DNA of 36,996 nucleotides from Nemertoderma westbladi (Eukaryota > Animalia > Xenacoelomorpha). Below are positions 33,901 through 36,996 of the stretch, in pieces. The position numbers and the translations under genes were made by a program. Each line of letters begins with the position of its first letter. Within the stretch, counting starts at the first letter, position 1. The notes below the pieces were generated by a model. The model was not told the origin of the DNA. It worked only from the letters and a program-made list of their open reading frames with translations, and ran no database searches. The DNA is taken from the NCBI GenBank assembly GCA_032718475.1, contig JAUCBJ010008589.1, forward strand, positions 1 to 36,996. The letters run 5' to 3'.

Positions 33901-36900
33901 TAACCCGATAGTTTTATTAGGCCTACATAATTTATTGTCTTGTCGTTCCGAGGCCCTGCAATCAACGAACCGTCGCAATAACAATGCAAGTAAAGGGGAA
34001 CAATATCGCATTACAAGGCTCGGGTTCGGAAATTATATTGGCAACGTCATCAGATGAAAATCATCTACCAGAGTGCATGATTGATGGTAAAGATGGTACT
34101 TTCTGGATCACAACCGGAATGTATCCACAGCAGTTTGTCATTCGTTTCAACCAAGCCGCCAATATTAACAACATAAACATTTCGTCAAACAGTGTTAAAC
34201 ATATTATTGTCCAGAAGAGCTCGAAAAGTGAACCGGGTGATTATGAGATTCTCGCAGAAAAGGTTTTTACCCAAACCGATGGACATTTACAAGACGAACA
34301 GTTCGATTTAGGAACAGCTAAAGGCAACACAACGGCAACCTACCTTCGCTTTGTTATTAATTCTGGCTACGATCACTTTGCCTCCATACACGGGTTGAAT
34401 ATATCTGGGGAATTCGTTTAAAACTTAATTGCAGTACCTGTTTGTGTATACTATAGCTGTACCATTTGTATCTATAAGGGCTTAACCACATTACAGGCGC
34501 TTACATTTCACGTCTACTTCAGCACCTATGCTATTAGTTATCGTTTACTGTTTTGGTAAGATAATCCCGCCTCTGCAACCTGCGCCTTTCCTATAATTCT
34601 GTAATTTTTAATTTATACAATAAAATTTAAATTGTACAATAAATTTATGCACCAGTTAATTTCCAATGTGGGTGCCTCTTGTGCGAAATCCGTATATCTA
34701 AATTTTACTGTAAAATCTACATAATTAATATACAGTATTTGTGTGTAATGTAAAGTAGCATTCCACTTTACAGTGTGCTGATCAAAGTTGTTTGTTACAC
34801 GAACGAACGTAGTGAGCGAGTAAAAATAAAGATACGACGAGCAGAATACGAAACGAAACAAACATCATATTATTACTAACATTATCAGTTTTCGTACCAG
34901 TACATTTGCGAGATTATGGTGATAGTCATTCAATAGTTAATGATTTGTTTAGATAAGTTGGCATGTATCTATTTTAATTTCGCCAGTACCACATCATACA
35001 GTATAATCTATAGCGCCGTGATCCATGATGTAATCAATGGTCTTTATGACATAGTCATAAAATTTTGGAATAAAAAATGTTAGCTCTGTATTCTGTATAT
35101 ATATATAGCCTATGCCGTGGATGTTATTGTTTGCAATTTATAACTGATTTAATATATACTTACTTAAAAAAGTATTAAATTAACTAAATTAAAAAAAACG
35201 ATTAAATATATTTTATTATGAGTAATATTCCATTCCAGGTAAATAATTGTTATACGATGTATTTACAAATGCCTATTCATCAAATTAATTATTTATAGTA
35301 TAATAATATTTGTTTCGAGGCCGAAGGCCGAGGGAAAAATGCTTTTACTAATTTCGAGGAAATGTGGATTACAAAGGGGACAAATGAAATATTAAAATAA
35401 TTTTTTTTCAGCCCTTGAGAATCAATGTTAACAGGCTCACAAGGCTGGCAAATCGGCATACATACTGTACTTCAAGATTTATGACGTTCTTTTTTTGTTA
35501 CGTAAACCATCTGCGAATGCCATTGGCTGGACCGCAAAGATTGAAATTCTTCAATTATGTTGCCAATATGTGATATCAGCCTCATAATCTATAACGAGTT
35601 CTGTGGGGCGAGCCACGCAGTCAGGGTGAGCCTTAGCGCACAATTATAATTGGTAAATAGGGCGAAATTTAATGTCCGTCTGTCTGTAAGTCTGTAATGA
35701 AAAATTCATTTGTAAATAACTTTTGAAGATTTTAACCATTTTCAACCAAATTTTGTATGGGTATACTAGAGAAAAAGTTCCAATATTTTTGAAAGTTACG
35801 GGCAAATACCTCTCGAACTTTTGACTACAGATCAAATCGAACTTGCTTAAGTTCGTGTGCTGCGCGACGCCCCGCGAAAGTGTGCAATGTGCGATTACAT
35901 TCGTGTATCATAGGGCTCTATATAATACCGCATCCGTATTAGGGAAAGGGTTAAGTAAAAATTATCCCTTTAGGGGCACGCTGTGTCATTGTGATAGGAC
36001 TGTACAGAACTAAAGACACCATACTTGTGAGAGTTTTAAATTTACAATATTATTTATGATATTTTTTAATTTTTTTCTGCTACCCGAAAGGAGCCAGACA
36101 CTGGAGCAGTCAATCAACTTACCTGGAATACTGTTGTCGCAGTTTTGGCATGTTTTTTTCTGTCCGAGTTTCAACGCCTCTCTCACATCCTTGAGATGTA
36201 AAATTAAAGCGTTTGTGTTCAATTCTGCGGAGCTGGTCCCTTGGAGTTGAGTCTCCGTGCCGCACTGGGGGCAGACTATCGCATCCTTTGTAGTTAAATC
36301 CTCGTGTAAGCATTCTGTACAGAAACTGTGCACACAAAGCAATCTCTTCGGGGGCCTACAACATTGTAAATATCAATAGTAATGCACCTCGCATAACGAG
36401 GCCGTTGCGTTAAAAACACAATCTGTTTGTATCCAAACACAGTTGTACATAAATGTACATACTACTAAACAAAGCATCCCGCCTTGAAAATAAATTCGAA
36501 TCTCGTACTTCTAAATTGATTTGTGTGTAATGTAAAGTAGCACTTTACATTGTGATAAAAAAACATTGTGCTGACCCGAGTGTATTGAAACATACGAGGA
36601 TCAGGACATTATTGTTAAAGCAGCAAGTAGGTAAATTATGTAATTCCAACGACTGCTTTTGAAAAGCTGTAGATGTAACCGTTGTTTTTTGATTTTTTAA
36701 AATAAATTTATAGAGTATTATTTATATATGATTTCTTAAAGTAGTCACTGCCAATAGTGTTTTAGAACCGCATCACTGTCAGCAATCCCAAAACAGTAGA
36801 ACTCACCTATCTTTAGAATATCTTCTGTTACAAGCGGTGCACTTTATAAAGTTCACCGGAACCGGTGACGATTCCAATTCAGTCGAAGTTCGTGAAACCA

Positions 36901-36934
36901 AACCAGAAACCTCTTTACTCCCAATAACAGAATC
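12832..36934 (-). CDS. Multi-exon TRIM-family gene (RING, B-box1, B-box2, coiled coil, filamin/Ig-like) fused to a divergent PARP-like catalytic domain; partial, both ends outside the window
   Basis: Manually joined exons 36934-36807, 36355-36123, 22877-22750, 19739-19616, 19406-18871, 18190-18020, 17812-17638, 17308-17157, 16974-16782, 16424-16305, 16095-15940 and 12915-12832. All junctions are GT-AG, phases match and there is no stop over 2200 nt. Confidence 0.85.
13132..15905. repeat. 17-bp (19-bp variant) satellite GCTAAGTATTTACTACT, about 160 copies, intronic
   Basis: Direct tandem repeat. Diagnostic variants recur at a 1197-bp offset (13521/14718; 14351/15548). Confidence 0.97.
15940..16095 (-). 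CDS. TRIM-PARP exon (low-complexity GTPEEGKASEVGSGRR...SRKGSS)
   Basis: TATAG acceptor, G|GTTAGT donor, phase 1/1, open frame. Confidence 0.78.
16305..16424 (-). CDS. TRIM-PARP exon, PARP-like core (TFNGESGIRFVWSS...WAVYVCRIF)
   Basis: TTTACAG acceptor, CAG|GTAAAT donor. GIRF and VYVCRI align by eye with the PARP GxYFA and MFLARV strands. Confidence 0.78.
16782..16974 (-). CDS. TRIM-PARP exon, PARP-like (IKRLQNPELFKSY...EHYMFHTP...INRDGF)
   Basis: Matches the mono-ART PARP pattern IERIQNxxLWxxY...ExxLFHGT...IxxxGF. Splice sites are phase-consistent. Confidence 0.82.
17157..17308 (-). CDS. TRIM-PARP exon, start of PARP-like domain (VPNWWLPQ...LVEMVDSSTFEYQRVQQLF)
   Basis: PxxW...LVxL...SxEYxxVxxxF pattern that opens PARP7/11/12/14-type catalytic domains. 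The donor could alternatively be at 17163 (same phase). Confidence 0.8.
17638..17812 (-). CDS. TRIM-PARP exon, end of filamin/Ig-like domain plus linker (VTDVGPYKLLLRF...)
   Basis: TTTAG acceptor, GAG|GTAAGA donor, phase 0/1, open frame. Confidence 0.78.
18020..18190 (-). CDS. TRIM-PARP exon, filamin/Ig-like beta domain (...VVTSVNNDGSFKLKVK)
   Basis: NNDGSF resembles the filamin-repeat DNxDGTY motif. TTACAG acceptor, AAG|GTTAGA donor, 57 codons. Confidence 0.75.
18871..19406 (-). CDS. TRIM-PARP exon, coiled coil (BBC region)
   Basis: Part of ORF 18832-19395; helical, heptad-rich; phase 1/0 splice sites. Confidence 0.83.
19616..19739 (-). CDS. TRIM-PARP exon, B-box type 2 (CDIH...LCTTCDVIACPACTMSKH...GH)
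   Basis: Cys/His spacing of B-box2. AACAG acceptor, TAG|GTGGTT donor. Confidence 0.85.
19879..22778. repeat. 35/39-bp minisatellite, about 80 copies, made of exon tail plus splice donor
   Basis: Minus-strand unit TTGGAGAGTGGACAGATAGGGATG(GATG)CCCAG|GTA(T/A)GG. Contains an 800-bp internal duplication (20222/21022). Confidence 0.96.
22750..22877 (-). CDS. TRIM-PARP exon, second part of B-box1 (TLVCIDCDLVFCEECLEYHSKMRRFNDHKVV)
   Basis: Completes the CQNC...G begun in exon 36123-36355. AAAAG acceptor, CAG|GTATGG donor, phase 0 into B-box2. Confidence 0.86.
23043..23329. mobile_element. MITE-like element, about 290 bp, TA-flanked (Tc1/mariner-like)
   Basis: Imperfect TIRs of about 36 bp: CGGTATGCATATTACCAATTGGGGTGTCGTTTCAGCC and GGCTGAAACTACACCCCAATTGGAAATTTGCATACCG. 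Contains one inverted copy of the 68-bp unit arrayed at 32016-32700. Confidence 0.7.
23341..25666. mobile_element. Degenerate non-autonomous TIR DNA transposon (8-bp TSD; hAT/P-like ends)
   Basis: Ends CAAGGACTACTGAAGCAAGG and CCTTGCTTCAGTAGCCCTTG; flanks AGCAATAC and ATCAATAC (7/8 match). Inverted homology continues (23957-23991 is the reverse complement of 25563-25597). No intact transposase. Confidence 0.75.
23380..23845. repeat. Foldback-like insert: 21-bp tandem repeat (GATCCTTCCCATACGAACTTA) followed by inverted AGGATCTAAGTTC copies, interrupting the left TIR
   Basis: About 11 tandem units, then about 7 inverted core copies. Flanked by CGGCAAATCC (23370-23379) and CGGTAAATCC (23846-23855). 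Confidence 0.7.
25761..29873 (+). CDS. COG7: Conserved oligomeric Golgi complex subunit 7, 3 exons (25761-25904, 26936-27076, 27960-29873), 732 aa; nested antisense in the TRIM-PARP intron
   Basis: MSDFSKFANDDFDAADWINAGF...HATTLVTKLQLFIQ|EVNQSLEE...LPRVLRDID...LREADNWTVL...PQEYITLIGSLLMSLPQQLEPY matches recalled COG7 motifs. Both introns are phase-0 GT-AG. Confidence 0.93.
27181..27252 (+). pseudogene. tRNA-derived sequence (SINE head or tRNA pseudogene) in COG7 intron 2
   Basis: A-box-like TGGTCTAGTGG and B-box GGTTCGATCCC at tRNA spacing. Acceptor and anticodon stems pair poorly. Confidence 0.6.
29888..30615. repeat. 23-bp minisatellite CAGCTGCA(CC/AT)GTGTGCACACACA just 3' of the COG7 stop
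   Basis: About 30 tandem copies with 25-27 bp variants. Confidence 0.95.
30914..31198. repeat. 18-bp minisatellite ACGGAGACACCACATGCG, about 16 copies
   Basis: Direct tandem repeat with patterned CAG/CAC variants. Confidence 0.95.
32016..32700. repeat. 68-bp minisatellite, about 10 copies, probably transposon-derived
   Basis: Unit GTTTATTGTTTTGGTTAGAAAATCCCGCCTCTGTAACCTGCTCCTTTCC...; single dispersed copies at about 23163-23214 (inverted) and about 34543-34591. Confidence 0.9.
33100..33450 (-). pseudogene. Frameshifted non-LTR retrotransposon (LINE) reverse transcriptase fragment
   Basis: Across frames: KVLESCI, DNQFGFWKGLGTEMCIF, SPVFSAFLDA, FDRVSHFKLFRKLL and YWYSHQLVCVTWG, in the order of the LINE RT motifs QFGFR...FLDxSKAFDRV. 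Confidence 0.8.
33984..34421 (+). CDS. IFT25: Intraflagellar transport protein 25 (HSPB11), single coding exon, 145 aa; nested antisense in the TRIM-PARP intron
   Basis: LATSSDENHLPECMIDG..TFWITTGMYPQQFVIRF...ATYLRFVINSGYDHFASIH matches IFT25/HSPB11 in motifs and length. Confidence 0.93.
   Translation: MQVKGNNIALQGSGSEIILATSSDENHLPECMIDGKDGTFWITTGMYPQQFVIRFNQAANINNINISSNSVKHIIVQKSSKSEPGDYEILAEKVFTQTDGHLQDEQFDLGTAKGNTTATYLRFVINSGYDHFASIHGLNISGEFV
36123..36355 (-). CDS. TRIM-PARP exon: RING C-terminal part (PKRLLCVHSFCTEC...CPQC) and start of B-box1 (KTCQNCDNSIP)
   Basis: C3HC4 RING pattern. TGTAG acceptor, CAG|GTAAGT donor. Confidence 0.88.
36807..36934 (-). CDS. TRIM-PARP exon: first RING ligands (FIKCTACNRRYSKD)
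   Basis: TTTGCAG acceptor, TAG|GTGAGT donor. The phase-2 join completes the RING. Confidence 0.82.
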
Positions 36935-36996
36935 CTGCAAATATTATTGAATGTTACCTCATGGGATACCGAAGGATGAAATGCTAGGACTACTTT

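Noticed and set aside
35560-35990. Helentron/DINE-like element (GTCCGTCTGTCTGT tract)
   Set aside because: Only a short microsatellite and vague resemblance; termini could not be defined.
36935-36996. 23-nt micro-intron (GTAACA...TTGCAG) with upstream in-frame exon KVVLAFHPSVSHE
   Set aside because: Phase fits, but it is implausibly short next to the other introns here and cannot be tested at the window edge.

Overview
Eukaryotic, intron-containing DNA, probably from an invertebrate metazoan (taxon not determinable; the nested-gene layout recalls ctenophores, which is inference). A large minus-strand gene that the ORF track only shows in fragments spans most of the window. I assembled 12 phase-consistent GT-AG exons (12832-36934, about 733 aa, both ends outside the window) encoding RING, B-box1, B-box2, coiled coil, a filamin/Ig-like domain and a divergent PARP-like catalytic domain, i.e. 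a TRIM-PARP fusion. Its 13.2-kb intron splits B-box1 and hosts two antisense genes (COG7, 3 exons; IFT25/HSPB11, single coding exon), a TIR DNA transposon, a MITE and a LINE RT relic. Two kilobase-scale satellites in its introns are tandem copies of the exon/intron junction, giving about 200 and about 80 splice donors. Positions 10-7658 hold a non-autonomous BEL/Pao-type LTR element. It has one intact 1697-aa Gag-protease ORF with no RT, RNase H or integrase, a C-terminal hydrophobic helix, chimeric LTRs, no tRNA-type PBS, and a 3' array of 13 conserved 29-bp hairpin repeats with purine-rich spacers.
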